Below, in pieces: positions 19,707 through 31,673 of a stretch of 64,000 nt of DNA. The translations under genes were made by a program, and so were the position numbers. This stretch comes from Alphaproteobacteria bacterium (lineage in GTDB: Bacteria > Pseudomonadota > Alphaproteobacteria > GCA-2731375): NCBI GenBank assembly GCA_965232515.1, contig CBDDPY010000002.1, positions 3,744,001 to 3,808,000 on the forward strand. Reading direction: 5' to 3'. Numbering within the stretch: position 1 is the stretch's first letter; each line of letters opens with the position of its first letter. The notes under the pieces are model-generated. The model was not told the origin of the DNA, did not search any database, and worked only from the letters and a program-made list of their open reading frames with translations.

Positions 19707-20870
19707 CTAGTCAACCTCGACCCGCTCGAACCGGTTCAGGAACTCGTCGTTCAGCGACACGCCGAGCCCCGGCAGATCGCGCACCTTGATGACGCCGTTC
19801 TCGATTCCCGTCTCGTAGGCGTCCATCACGATGTCGTAGCGGCCATCGTCGAAGAACGGAAACACCTCCTGTATGGCAAAGTTGGTCAGGCCGGCGTCGA
19901 GCTGCACGCAGGCCGCCGTCGAGACCGGGCCGCCGCAATTGTGCGGCTGGACATGCAGATTGTAGGTCTCGCCGTGCGCGGCGATTTTCTTCGCTTCCGT
20001 CAGGCCGCCGCACAGGCCCATGTCCGGCTGCAGGATGTCGAGCGCCTGTTGCTCGATGAACGGCCGGAACTGGTAGCGGGTGTAGAGACGTTCGCCGCCG
20101 GCAATGGGCACATCAACGGATTCGGCGATCTTCCGCATCGACTCCACGTTCATGGGATCGACCGGTTCTTCCATGAAATAGGGATCGAGATCGGCGATCC
20201 GCCGGCCGAACTTGATCGCGTCCATGGTGCCGAGATTGCCGTGGATCTCGACCAGGATATCGATGCCGTCGCCGACCGCCTCGCGCACGGCGGCCAGGCG
20301 CTCGTAGGCGAGATCGTGCCGGGCCCGGCTGGTATGGCGGCGCGGATAGATCAGCTTGCCGTTCTCATCGAGCTTGAAGGGGTCGAGCTTCATGGCCGTA
20401 TAGCCCTTCTCGACTACCCGAAGCGCCGCTTCCGCATACTCGGCCGGTTCCACCTTCTTGCGGTACCAGCCGTTGGCGTAGAGACGCAGCTCGTCGTTCA
20501 CCCGTCCGCCCATCATCTCGTGCACCGACAGGCCGGCCGCCTTGCCCTTGATGTCCCAGAGGGCCTGGTCGATGGCGCTCAGCGCGCCGTAGAGCACGGG
20601 CCCGCCGCCCTGCCCCCAGAAGGTCTGGCGGAAGACCTGATCCCAGACCCATTCGACGCGGCCGGGATCGGCGCCGATCAGGAACTGCCTGGCGAGATCG
20701 GCCAGCATGGCGATCGCGGCGTGCGCGCCGGTGCCGTAGGCGAGCCCGACTTCGCCGCAGCCATAGATGTCTGAATCCGTGTCGATCCGCAGGATGACCG
20801 GGTTCTGCCGGGTCCCGTCCGCGTCCGAGTTCAGCGGCAGGTCGTAGATGGTCGCCTTGCGAATACGCAC
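19707..20870 (-). CDS. Enolase-superfamily acid-sugar dehydratase (galactonate/gluconate dehydratase-like)
   Basis: SAIDQALWDIKGK; KLD; VEIHG; MEEP; GGER; QPD; QPHNCGGP. Confidence 0.9.
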   Translation of the reverse strand: MRIRKATIYDLPLNSDADGTRQNPVILRIDTDSDIYGCGEVGLAYGTGAHAAIAMLADLARQFLIGADPGRVEWVWDQVFRQTFWGQGGGPVLYGALSAIDQALWDIKGKAAGLSVHEMMGGRVNDELRLYANGWYRKKVEPAEYAEAALRVVEKGYTAMKLDPFKLDENGKLIYPRRHTSRARHDLAYERLAAVREAVGDGIDILVEIHGNLGTMDAIKFGRRIADLDPYFMEEPVDPMNVESMRKIAESVDVPIAGGERLYTRYQFRPFIEQQALDILQPDMGLCGGLTEAKKIAAHGETYNLHVQPHNCGGPVSTAACVQLDAGLTNFAIQEVFPFFDDGRYDIVMDAYETGIENGVIKVRDLPGLGVSLNDEFLNRFERVEVD

Positions 20871-20909
20871 GTGTCCTCCCCGGACGGCTTCGATTATGTT
20901 GGTTTTTCA

Positions 20910-20939
20910 AAATAATATATAATCTGTAGAGATCGTCAA
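20910..20939 (-). promoter_or_regulatory. Promoter with second copy of the GntR-type operator
   Basis: Minus strand TTGACG-N16-TATTAT; AAATAATATATAATCT (20910-20925) matches the 10563 palindrome at 14/16 positions. Confidence 0.7.
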
Positions 20940-21077
20940 TTATCTAACAGGCTACGTCGAAGGAAACGGCGGACACGGGGCGACAATGTGCTACCAAGAC
21001 AAACGGCCCACCGATGCGTGCGGGCCAATGGGGGTCGCTGGCGGTCGCGGTTGCGACGCAGAGTTGGGGTGGTCCTG

Positions 21078-21854
21078 ATGGCAGACGACACGTCGAGCGG
21101 GGGCGAGGCGTTCGAATTCAGCGCGACCAATTATGCGCGGGTGCGTGACGTCCTGCGCGCCGACATCATCAACGCCGTGTTCCAGCCGGGCGACCGGCTG
21201 AAGATCGCCGAGTTGTCGAAACGCTACGAGATTTCCGCCAACCCGATTCGCGAGGCATTGCAGCAGCTGCAGGGCGAAGGCCTGGTCGAGATGCTGCCCA
21301 ACAAAGGCGCCCGCGTCCGGGTTCTGGATCTGGACGTGCTCAGCGACTGGATCGAGGTGCGCGAGGCCATGGAAGTGTTCTTCGCCCGACGGTTCGTCGA
21401 GCTGGCGAACAAGCGCGACATTACCGAGCTCGAACGGATCGAGGCCGAGCTCGAAGCCGCCGCCGCGGCGCCGGACATGGAAGCGGTGCAGGCGAAGAAT
21501 TCGGAGTTCCACACCCTGATCCATCGGGTCTCCGGAAACCGCGAGGCCACCGCCATCATCAACAAGAACACCGATCTCATCCGCGCCCTGCGTCATCGCG
21601 TCGGCTTCGCCGACAAACGGCTGCCGGGAATCATCCGGCAGCACCGCGCCCTGATCCGGGCGTTCAAGGCACGCAACGCCGAGCAGGCCGGCACGCTGAT
21701 GCGCGAGCATGTGGTCGACGCCGGCAAGGACCTGCGCGATCAGTACGAAGCCTCGATGCGCGACACCTTCGCGAAGTCGGTCGACAGCTACCTGTCGCGC
21801 AAGAAGGTGCCGAAGGGCTGGCGTCCGACCTATCCGGCCGACGCGAAAGGCTGA
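21078..21854 (+). CDS. GntR/FadR-family regulator (wHTH + FCD)
   Basis: PGDRLKIAELSKRYEISANPIREALQQLQGEGLV; NSEFHTLI; QHRALI. Confidence 0.92.
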   Translation: MADDTSSGGEAFEFSATNYARVRDVLRADIINAVFQPGDRLKIAELSKRYEISANPIREALQQLQGEGLVEMLPNKGARVRVLDLDVLSDWIEVREAMEVFFARRFVELANKRDITELERIEAELEAAAAAPDMEAVQAKNSEFHTLIHRVSGNREATAIINKNTDLIRALRHRVGFADKRLPGIIRQHRALIRAFKARNAEQAGTLMREHVVDAGKDLRDQYEASMRDTFAKSVDSYLSRKKVPKGWRPTYPADAKG

Positions 21855-21976
21855 CCGGCGACAAAAGTTTCGTCCGGGTCGTGCCGACGCACTTCGTGAT
21901 GGTCGTGTTGCCGGCTATTTTGCTGGAGAATATCCCCTTCCCACAGGCGGTGTAGGAATAGCGGCCATGACGCATC

Positions 21977-23701
21977 ATGACTGACGCGGCGAATTCAAAC
22001 GCGCCCCTGTCCGAGGACGCATACCTGCAACGGCTCCGCGACTTGCAGGCGCAACACTGGCCGCCCGATGTGCCACGGGAGCCGCACTACCCGTTCGGCG
22101 AGATCGCGATCACCGACTATCTGCGCCGCTGGGCCGAGCAGGCGCCGGACAGGCCGCTCTACATCTTCTATGGCCGCGAGGTGACCTATGCCGACGTGGA
22201 CCGCCTGAGCGACCGGTTCGCGGCCGTCCTGCAGGCCGACGGCATCAAGCCGGGCGACGCGGTCGCCGTCTTCCTCGGCAACTGCCCGCAATTCACCATC
22301 GCGTTCTTCGGCATCCTCAAGGCGGGCGCCGTGCATGTGCCGGTCAACCCGATGTTCAAGGAGCATGAGCTGCTCTACGAGCTGAACGACAGTCAGGCGC
22401 AGGTGGTCGTCGCCGACCACGCGCTGATGCCCCTCGTCGCCAAGGTGAAGGACCAGACCCGCGTACGGCGTTTGTTCGGCACCGGGCTTGGCGAGATGGT
22501 GCCCGACGCTCCGACCTTCCACGTCCCCAACAGCGTGACCGCCGGGCCGCGCACATCGGACGGCGTCGAGGACTTCCTGACCGCGCTCGATGCGGCGGGC
22601 GAACCGCGTCCCTACGCCGCCGACCTCGATGCCGTCGCCGCCCTGAACTATACCGGCGGCACGACCGGCATGCCGAAAGGTTGCGTCCATACCCAGCGCG
22701 ACATGATCTATACGGCGGCCACGGCCTGCCGCACCAACGCCCCGCTCCACGCCGGCGACGTCAGCGTCAACTTCCATCCGCTGTTCTGGATCGCGGGCGA
22801 AGATCTCGGCCTGATCTTTCCCGTGTTCACCGGCTCGACCTGCATCCTTCTCGCCCGCTGGGATCCGCTGAGCTACATGGGCGCCGTCGACCGGCATCGG
22901 GCCAATCGGGCGGTGCTGCTGGTCGACAACGCCGTGGAACTCATGGACCACGACAGCGTCGGCGATTTCGATCTGACCTCGATTGAAACGACGGGCGTCT
23001 CCTCGTTCGTGAAGAAGCTCAACCGCGACTACCGCCAGCGCTGGCGGGCGCTCACCGGCTCGACCATGGTCGAGCTGTCCTACGGCATGACCGAGACCCA
23101 TACCTGCGACAGTTTCACCACGGGTTTTCAGAACGACGACTTCGACCTCGGCCTGGAGCCCATCGTCGTCGGCCTGCCGGTGCCGGGCACCGAATTCAAG
23201 ATCAGCGACTTCGAGACCGGCGCGTTGCTGCCGCTCGGCGCCGAAGGCGAGATCTGCGTGCGCTCGCCGTCGAACCTGAAGGCCTACTGGAACAAGCCCG
23301 ACGCCACGGCCGACGCGCTCCGCGACGGCTGGCTGCATACCGGCGATATCGGCATGATCGACGAGATGGGCCTCCTGCATTTCCTCGGTCGGCGCAAGGA
23401 GATGCTGAAGGTCAAGGGCATGTCCGTGTTCCCCGCCGAGCTGGAGGCGCTGCTGGGCCGGCATCCGGCGGTGATCGGATCGGGCGTCATCGGCCGCCCG
23501 GACGAGGAACGCGGTCAGGTGCCGGTCGCCTTCATCCGACTCGACCCGGAACGCGGCGCCGGCCTGACGGCCGATGACATCGCGGCCTGGTGCAGGGACG
23601 CGATGGCGACCTACAAACGGCCTGAGATCCGTATCGTCGACGCGCTGCCGATGACGGCGACGGGCAAGGTCAAAAAGGGCGAGCTGGAAAAGCTGCTTTG
23701 A
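21977..23701 (+). CDS. Acyl-CoA synthetase (AMP-binding)
   Basis: YTGGTTGMPKG P-loop; YGMTET; WLHTGD; TATGKV. Confidence 0.92.
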   Translation: MTDAANSNAPLSEDAYLQRLRDLQAQHWPPDVPREPHYPFGEIAITDYLRRWAEQAPDRPLYIFYGREVTYADVDRLSDRFAAVLQADGIKPGDAVAVFLGNCPQFTIAFFGILKAGAVHVPVNPMFKEHELLYELNDSQAQVVVADHALMPLVAKVKDQTRVRRLFGTGLGEMVPDAPTFHVPNSVTAGPRTSDGVEDFLTALDAAGEPRPYAADLDAVAALNYTGGTTGMPKGCVHTQRDMIYTAATACRTNAPLHAGDVSVNFHPLFWIAGEDLGLIFPVFTGSTCILLARWDPLSYMGAVDRHRANRAVLLVDNAVELMDHDSVGDFDLTSIETTGVSSFVKKLNRDYRQRWRALTGSTMVELSYGMTETHTCDSFTTGFQNDDFDLGLEPIVVGLPVPGTEFKISDFETGALLPLGAEGEICVRSPSNLKAYWNKPDATADALRDGWLHTGDIGMIDEMGLLHFLGRRKEMLKVKGMSVFPAELEALLGRHPAVIGSGVIGRPDEERGQVPVAFIRLDPERGAGLTADDIAAWCRDAMATYKRPEIRIVDALPMTATGKVKKGELEKLL

Positions 23702-23736
23702 GCGGACGGGGACACGGTGGCAAAGAGAGGACAGGC

Positions 23737-24759
23737 ATGGCCGACAAGCGCATTTTGATTGCTCAGATGGCGGAGCGTGACGATTGGCTCGCCCAGGTCG
23801 AGGAACCGGCCATCGATCCGGCGCGCGAGATCGTCGACCCGCACCATCACCTCTGGGACCGCAACGGCTCACGCTACCTGCTGGAGCGGCTCTGGGCTGA
23901 CACCGGGTCCGGGCACAACGTGGTCCAGACGGTCTTTGTCGAATGCCGATCCGGCTATCTCCAGGATGGGCCGGAACATCTGCGCCCCGTCGGCGAGACC
24001 CGGTACGTGGCGGACATCGCCAAGGCTTCGGCGGAGAACCCGAACGGCGCCACCGTAGCCGCCATCGTCTCGCATGCCGATCTCAGACATCCCGATCTGG
24101 ACGCGGTGCTCGACGCGCACGTGGACGCAGGCGAAGGATTGTTCCGCGGCATCCGGCATGCCGGCGCACATGAGCCGGAACCGGCGGCATTGATGATTGC
24201 CGGCCGCGCGCCGGCCGGGCTCTACGCCGATCCGGATTTCCGCCGCGGCGTCGCCACCCTGGGCGAACGCGGGCTGACCTACGACACCTGGCACTACCAC
24301 CATCAGAACCGGGACTTCCACGACCTGGCCTTGGCCGTGCCCGGCACCACGCTGGTGCTCGATCATTTCGGCACGCCGCTCGGCGTCGGCCAGTATGCCG
24401 GGCGACGCGACGAGATCTTCGCCGCCTGGAAGGACGATATCGCCGCCATCGCCGAGTGCCCGAACGTCGTCGCCAAGCTCGGCGGGCTCGCCATGCCCGA
24501 CAACGGCTTCGGCTGGCACGAACGCGCGGCGCCGCCGACCTCGGACGAGTTCGTCGAGGTCCAGGCGCCCTATTACCATCACGCCATCGCTTGCTTCGGC
24601 CCGGAACGCTGCATGTTCGAAAGCAACTTCCCGGTCGACCGCGTCTCGATCAGCTACGCCGTCCTGTGGAACGGCCTGAAGAAGATCGCCGCCGATTACG
24701 ACGAAGCCGCGCAGGCGGCGCTGTTCAGCGGCACCGCCCGCCGCGTCTATCGGCTCTGA
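23737..24759 (+). CDS. Amidohydrolase_2-family metal-dependent hydrolase
   Basis: IVDPHHHLW; LVLDHFG; CMFESNFPVD. Confidence 0.88.
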   Translation: MADKRILIAQMAERDDWLAQVEEPAIDPAREIVDPHHHLWDRNGSRYLLERLWADTGSGHNVVQTVFVECRSGYLQDGPEHLRPVGETRYVADIAKASAENPNGATVAAIVSHADLRHPDLDAVLDAHVDAGEGLFRGIRHAGAHEPEPAALMIAGRAPAGLYADPDFRRGVATLGERGLTYDTWHYHHQNRDFHDLALAVPGTTLVLDHFGTPLGVGQYAGRRDEIFAAWKDDIAAIAECPNVVAKLGGLAMPDNGFGWHERAAPPTSDEFVEVQAPYYHHAIACFGPERCMFESNFPVDRVSISYAVLWNGLKKIAADYDEAAQAALFSGTARRVYRL

Positions 24760-24770
24760 TCGCGCCGGCC

Positions 24771-26057
24771 TCAGCCGTGCTGGCCGCCGACGTTGCCGCG
24801 GAAGTTCGACTCCGCGAAGGCCCGGACCTCGGCGCGAGCGACGACGTGGTGGTGCACCTCGTCCGGCCCGTCGGCCAGGCGCAGGACACGCTGCCGGGTG
24901 TACATGTTCGACAACGGCGACCATTGCGAGACGCCGGTGGCGCCGTGCACCTGCATGGCCTGGTCGATGATCTGACCGGCCTTCTCGGGCACCATGGCCT
25001 TGACCATGCTGACCCAGATGCGGGCCTCCTTGTTGCCCAGCACGTCCATGGCCTTGGCCGCCTTCAGCACCATCAGGCGCATGGCCTCGATCTCGATTCG
25101 AGCGCGTGAGACCAGCTCCATGTTCTTGCCGAGATCGATGATCTTCTTGCCGAACGCCTCGCGCGTGGTCGCGCGCTGCAGCAGCAGGTCGAGCGCTTTC
25201 TCGGCCTGACCGATCGAGCGCATGCAGTGATGGATCCGGCCGGGGCCGAGGCGCACCTGGCTGATCTCGAAACCGCGGCCCTCGCCCCAGAGGATGTTCT
25301 CCTTCGGCACCCGCACGTTTTCGAGCTTGATGTGCATATGGCCGTGCGGGGCGTCGTCGTGGCCGAACACGCACATCGGCCCGACGATATTGACGCCGGG
25401 CGTGTCCAACGGCACTAGGATCTGCGACTGCTGCCGGAACTTCTCGGCCTCCGGGCTGGTCTTGACCATGCAGATCATGATCTTGCAGCGCGGGTCGCCG
25501 GCCCCGGAGATGTAGTATTTCTCGCCGTTGATGACCCACTCGTCGCCTTCCAGCACCGCGGTGGTCGCGATGTTCTTGGCGTCGGACGAGGCCACGTCCG
25601 GCTCCGTCATGCCGAAACAGGAGCGGATCTCGCCGGCCAGCAGCGGCTTCAGCCACTGCTCCTTTTGCTCGGGCGTGCCGACGCGCTCCAGCACCTCCAT
25701 GTTGCCGGTATCGGGCGCCGAGCAGTTCAGCGTCTCGGACGCCAGCGGGTTCTTGCCGAGCTCGGCCGCGATATAGGCATAGTCGAGGTTGGGCAGGCCC
25801 TCGCCGGTCTCAGCGTTGGGCAGGAAGAAGTTCCAGAGGCCGGCTTCGCGGGCCTTCTTCTTCGCGCCCTCCAGCAGCTCCAATTGGCCGGGCGCGTAGC
25901 TCCAACGGTCCGTGCGGTCTTCGCCCAGCTTGTAGTATTCCTCGGTGATCGGATCGACGTCCTCGACGATATGCCGGATCACCGCATCCAGCAGCGGCTT
26001 GGTCTTCTCCGACATCCGGAGATCGTTGAGTTCGCTGTCGACGGCTTCCTGCCGCAT
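24771..26057 (-). CDS. Acyl-CoA dehydrogenase
   Basis: NCSAPDTGNMEVL; MTEPDVASSDA; RLGPGRIHHCMR; LRLADGPDEVH. Confidence 0.94.
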   Translation of the reverse strand: MRQEAVDSELNDLRMSEKTKPLLDAVIRHIVEDVDPITEEYYKLGEDRTDRWSYAPGQLELLEGAKKKAREAGLWNFFLPNAETGEGLPNLDYAYIAAELGKNPLASETLNCSAPDTGNMEVLERVGTPEQKEQWLKPLLAGEIRSCFGMTEPDVASSDAKNIATTAVLEGDEWVINGEKYYISGAGDPRCKIMICMVKTSPEAEKFRQQSQILVPLDTPGVNIVGPMCVFGHDDAPHGHMHIKLENVRVPKENILWGEGRGFEISQVRLGPGRIHHCMRSIGQAEKALDLLLQRATTREAFGKKIIDLGKNMELVSRARIEIEAMRLMVLKAAKAMDVLGNKEARIWVSMVKAMVPEKAGQIIDQAMQVHGATGVSQWSPLSNMYTRQRVLRLADGPDEVHHHVVARAEVRAFAESNFRGNVGGQHG

Positions 26058-26078
26058 GGGTGGTACCTCCTCGGTTCG

Positions 26079-26852
26079 TTAGGTCGCGATGATGAAGCGG
26101 GTGCCGCAGACGGTGATCTGCCCATCGGCGGTCCGGCAATGATGTGTCTCGGCCTGGGCCAGCAGCCGGTCGGGATCGGTCGCGCGGACCACGAGGCCGC
26201 CAAGGCCTGGCCCGCGTCCGTCGGTCGCTTCGACAAACGTCAGGTCCGCGTTCGCCAGGCGGACCGTCGGCATGCCGTTGCGCAGTTCGGCCGGACTGTC
26301 GGCAACCCGGCCCCAGTGTTCGGCGAGCGCGACCGGGTCCGGCCCCTGCAACTCGACGCCGGTGATGGCGTCGACCACGTCGGTCGCCACAGCTTCAGTC
26401 CAGCCGGATCCGCCGGCCGGCTCCCAATGTCCCGTCAGCTCGGCCTGATCGTCCCAGTCGACCTCGAAGAAGGCCGCGCCCATGTCGCGGGGATGGAGTT
26501 GCATCAGGCGATAGCTGCCGCGATCCGCCTCCCAGGCAACGCGCACGCCAATGTCGGCGGCGCGTTGCCGGCAGGCGTCTTGCTCGGCCGGCGTCGGCAC
26601 CTGGCAGATCACCATATAGCCGCCGTCGCCGCCGCGCCGCGCCAGATAACGGCCGGCCGCCGTATCGTCTTGGATCGGCGCGACGACCTCGAGGAACTGC
26701 GTGCCGACCGGCAGCAGCACGTTCTCCAGCCCGAACTTGGCCACACCGTCGTCGACGAAGCAGGGATTGATCGAAAAGACGTCCATCAACTGCTGGCGCA
26801 CTGGGGAGAGCTCGGCCGCGACCAGGCAGATCTGCCTCAAGTAGATCGCCAT
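26079..26852 (-). CDS. VOC/glyoxalase-like domain protein
   Basis: LRQICLVA; FGLENVL..GTQFLEVVAP; GDGGYMVI; QLHPRD. Confidence 0.75.
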   Translation of the reverse strand: MAIYLRQICLVAAELSPVRQQLMDVFSINPCFVDDGVAKFGLENVLLPVGTQFLEVVAPIQDDTAAGRYLARRGGDGGYMVICQVPTPAEQDACRQRAADIGVRVAWEADRGSYRLMQLHPRDMGAAFFEVDWDDQAELTGHWEPAGGSGWTEAVATDVVDAITGVELQGPDPVALAEHWGRVADSPAELRNGMPTVRLANADLTFVEATDGRGPGLGGLVVRATDPDRLLAQAETHHCRTADGQITVCGTRFIIAT

Positions 26853-26863
26853 ATCAGACCGCC

Positions 26864-27643
26864 CTAGCGGTTCTTCCACTGCGGCGGGCGCTTCTCGACG
26901 AAGGCGTTGACGCCTTCCGAGAAGTCCTCGGTCTTGCGCAGGTCCGCCAGCACCGGGCCGCTGATGGCGAGACCGTCCGCCACGTGCTCGAGCTCGTCGA
27001 GCTTGGCCAGCACCCGCATCGTCGCCTTGACGGACGACGGCGAGTTGCCGGCGATCTCGCGCGCCTTCGCCATGGCGGTCTCCATCAGCTCGGCCGCCGG
27101 CACCACCTGGTTGGCGATGCCCAGTTCCTTTGCCTCGCTCGCGCCGACATGCCGGCCGGACAGCATCAGCTCGATCGCGGCCTTGCGGCCGATCTGCCGG
27201 CTCAGGCGCTGCACGCCGCCGGCGCCGGCGAAGAAGCCGACCTTGACCTCCGGCAGCGCGAAGGTGGCCGTGTCGGCGGCGATGATGATGTCACAGGCGA
27301 GCGCCGTCTCCATGCCGCCGCCCATGGCGAAGCCGTTGACCGCGGCAATGATCGGCTTCTCCCGGTCGAGCCGGTTGGCGAGCCCGGCAAAACCGCTCGC
27401 CGGCGGCTGCATGGTGCCGCCCGAGGCTGTGTATTTCAGGTCGTTGCCGGCCGAGAACGCCTTGTCGCCGGCGCCGGTCAGCACCGCCACCCACAGGTCC
27501 TGGTCGGCGGCGAAATCGTTCCAGATCTGGTCCAGCTCGTGATGCATCGGCGGATGCATGGCGTTGTAGACCTTGGGCCGGTTCAGCGTGACCTTGAGAA
27601 TATTGCCTTCGCGCTCGGTCTCGACGAATTCGTAACTCGACAT
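26864..27643 (-). CDS. Enoyl-CoA hydratase/isomerase (crotonase family)
   Basis: AFSAGNDL; KPIIAAVNGFAMGGGMETALACD; FALPEVK. Confidence 0.93.
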   Translation of the reverse strand: MSSYEFVETEREGNILKVTLNRPKVYNAMHPPMHHELDQIWNDFAADQDLWVAVLTGAGDKAFSAGNDLKYTASGGTMQPPASGFAGLANRLDREKPIIAAVNGFAMGGGMETALACDIIIAADTATFALPEVKVGFFAGAGGVQRLSRQIGRKAAIELMLSGRHVGASEAKELGIANQVVPAAELMETAMAKAREIAGNSPSSVKATMRVLAKLDELEHVADGLAISGPVLADLRKTEDFSEGVNAFVEKRPPQWKNR

Positions 27644-27676
27644 CGTGTCTCTCCCACTCCTTGAAATCTTGTCTGC

Positions 27677-28984
27677 CTAGGCCGTGCCGGTCCGGAGGCC
27701 GCCCTTGTCGATATCGACGAAGCGGCCGCCGCTCGCGGCCAGCTCCTTCAGCGTCTCGGCCGGTGTGACGCGGTCGTCCTCGGCGGCAAGCGCATTGATC
27801 TTGGCCAGCACCGCCGGCGGGCCGACCATATCGCCATAGAACATCGGGCCGCCTTTGTCCGCCGGCCAGCCATAGCCGTTCAGCCAAACGACGTCGACGT
27901 CGGACGGCCGCTGCGCTTTGCCTTCCTCCAGGATCTTCACGCTCTCGTTGATCATCGGGTAGATGCAGGCCTCGATGATCTCCTGCTCGGATACCTTCGC
28001 GCCATCCGCGACGCCGGTAATCTCGCGGATGATGCCGGCGGTCACCTCCGACGGGCTCGGCTTGCGGTTCTCGTCGTAATCGTAGTAGCCGGCGCCGGTC
28101 TTCTGGCCGCGACGGTCGATCTCGCACAACGCGTCGCGGATCGGATTCTGGGTCGTTGCCCCCTTGGACCAGCCGATGTCCAGGCCCGCCAGGTCCGACA
28201 TCTGGAACGGGCCCATCCGAAACCCGAAGGCGTTGATGGCGGCGTCGATATCCCACGGCATCACGCCCTGATAGACCAGCCGCAGGGCCTGCATCTGCCG
28301 CTGATAAAGAATGCGGTTGCCGACAAAGCCGGGGCAGACGCCGACCAGCACGGCGATCTTGTTGATGGTCTTGGCCATGTCCATGCACGTCGCCACCACG
28401 TCGTCGGCCGTGTGGTCGGCGCGCACGATCTCCAGCAGCTTCATGACGTTGGCGGGCGAGAAGAAATGCAGGCCGATCACGTCCTGCGGCCGCTTGGTCG
28501 ACGCCGCGATCTCGTCGATGTTCAGACCTGAGGTATTGGTGGCGAGGATCGCGCCGGGCTTGGCGATGCCGTCCAGCTCGGCGAAGACCTTCTTCTTCAG
28601 GTCCATGTTTTCGAACACCGCCTCGATGATCAGGTCGCAATCGGCCAGCGCCGACATCGAGAGCTCGCCCGTCACCCGGCCCATGCGCAGATCGACCTCC
28701 TCGACCGGGAACCGGCCCCTGTCGGCGCTGCGTTGATAGTTGCCGCGCATGACCTTGAGCCCGCGGTCCAGCGCTTCCTGCGCCGTCTCGACGATGGTCA
28801 CCGGGATTCCGGCGGTCAGGAAGTTCATCGAAATTCCGCCGCCCATGGTACCTGCGCCGATCACGCCGACGGTGGCGACCGGACGGCGCGGCGTGTTCTC
28901 GGGCAGCCCCGGGATCACCCAAGCCTGTCGGCCGGCCTCGGCAATATAATCCGCAGTTTCCTGTTGCGTCGGCGTGGCGGTCAT
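27677..28984 (-). CDS. 3-hydroxyacyl-CoA dehydrogenase (HCDH half of a FadB/PimF-type multifunctional enzyme)
   Basis: VGVIGAGTMGGGI; IIEAVFE; ATNTS; GLHFFSPANVM; two C-terminal HCDH domains; ATG at 28984 after AAGGAG. Confidence 0.9.
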   Translation of the reverse strand: MTATPTQQETADYIAEAGRQAWVIPGLPENTPRRPVATVGVIGAGTMGGGISMNFLTAGIPVTIVETAQEALDRGLKVMRGNYQRSADRGRFPVEEVDLRMGRVTGELSMSALADCDLIIEAVFENMDLKKKVFAELDGIAKPGAILATNTSGLNIDEIAASTKRPQDVIGLHFFSPANVMKLLEIVRADHTADDVVATCMDMAKTINKIAVLVGVCPGFVGNRILYQRQMQALRLVYQGVMPWDIDAAINAFGFRMGPFQMSDLAGLDIGWSKGATTQNPIRDALCEIDRRGQKTGAGYYDYDENRKPSPSEVTAGIIREITGVADGAKVSEQEIIEACIYPMINESVKILEEGKAQRPSDVDVVWLNGYGWPADKGGPMFYGDMVGPPAVLAKINALAAEDDRVTPAETLKELAASGGRFVDIDKGGLRTGTA

Positions 28985-28997
28985 GTCTCGGGCTCCT

Positions 28998-30710
<1,713 letters not shown>

Positions 30711-30868
30711 GCCACTCGCCCCGACGAACCCCAACGCGTCAATCCAACCGCGCCGTCAGGCCATTATGGCATGACAACCGCGGTCGGAGTCCGGCTGCCG
30801 ACGTCGATCTCAGCAATGTCACCGGTCCGCCGGGCCCAAGGAGCGGCACGCGCATCGATACCTGGTTG

Positions 30869-31636
30869 TTATGTGAAATTGATCTCGACGGCGCCGAAGG
30901 CGCCGAACTCCGCGCGGGCGTTGTCGCCCAGTCTGACCGGGTCAAGACCGGTGCAGGTTCCGGTCGAGACGCACATGCCCCGCGTCAGGCCGCGGCCGCG
31001 TTTCGACTGCTGGTTGGCGAGCCAGACCATCACGTTGATCGGGTCGCCGAGCGCGCGGGCGCCGTCGCCTTCGCCCGCCGGCCCGCCATTGATCGCCATC
31101 GCGACCCGATGCGCCGTCAGGTCCATGCCTTGCGGACATGCCGACCACGCGCCGACCACGAGGGCTATATTAGCGCCGCTGTCGGCCGTGACGAGATAGC
31201 GCCCCTTGCCGGTGAGGCCGCCGGCGATGCGCGTGCCCACGACCTCGATCGCGCCGGCGACGGCGTCGATCGCCTCGACGACCTCGGCGCGGCCATAGGC
31301 CGCCTCGCGCGCCGGCAGGTCGCGGCCCAGCCGGAACGCGAACTCACCCTCGACCGCCGGCGTCTGGGCCAGCGCGATGGCAATGCGGGCGGGACTTTCG
31401 TACAGGTACGGCGCTGGTACCGGGCAGGAGCCGGGTTCCGAGGTGCCGAGCACGCGCTGTGCCTCCTTGCTGGTGGAGCCGACCTTGAAGGCGCGGATCG
31501 GATGCCCCAGCAGGCGGACGACTTCGTCCTGGATGGCATAGGCGTCCGGCATGGTCGTCGGCGCGACGACATCCTCGTTGGCAACCACGTCGCCGTTCTC
31601 GCGCGCCGTCGAGAGACGTCTCGCCAGGTCACTCAA
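30869..31636 (-). CDS. FAA-hydrolase family, 2-keto-4-pentenoate hydratase-like
   Basis: AYAIQ; FKVGSTSKEAQ; VEGEFAF; AIEVV; LGDP..WLAN; VSTGTC. Probable TTG start at 31636. Confidence 0.85.
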   Translation of the reverse strand: MSDLARRLSTARENGDVVANEDVVAPTTMPDAYAIQDEVVRLLGHPIRAFKVGSTSKEAQRVLGTSEPGSCPVPAPYLYESPARIAIALAQTPAVEGEFAFRLGRDLPAREAAYGRAEVVEAIDAVAGAIEVVGTRIAGGLTGKGRYLVTADSGANIALVVGAWSACPQGMDLTAHRVAMAINGGPAGEGDGARALGDPINVMVWLANQQSKRGRGLTRGMCVSTGTCTGLDPVRLGDNARAEFGAFGAVEINFT

Positions 31637-31673
31637 TGTCCGACCGCCCTTCGCGGTGGCGTCAATACACTGC

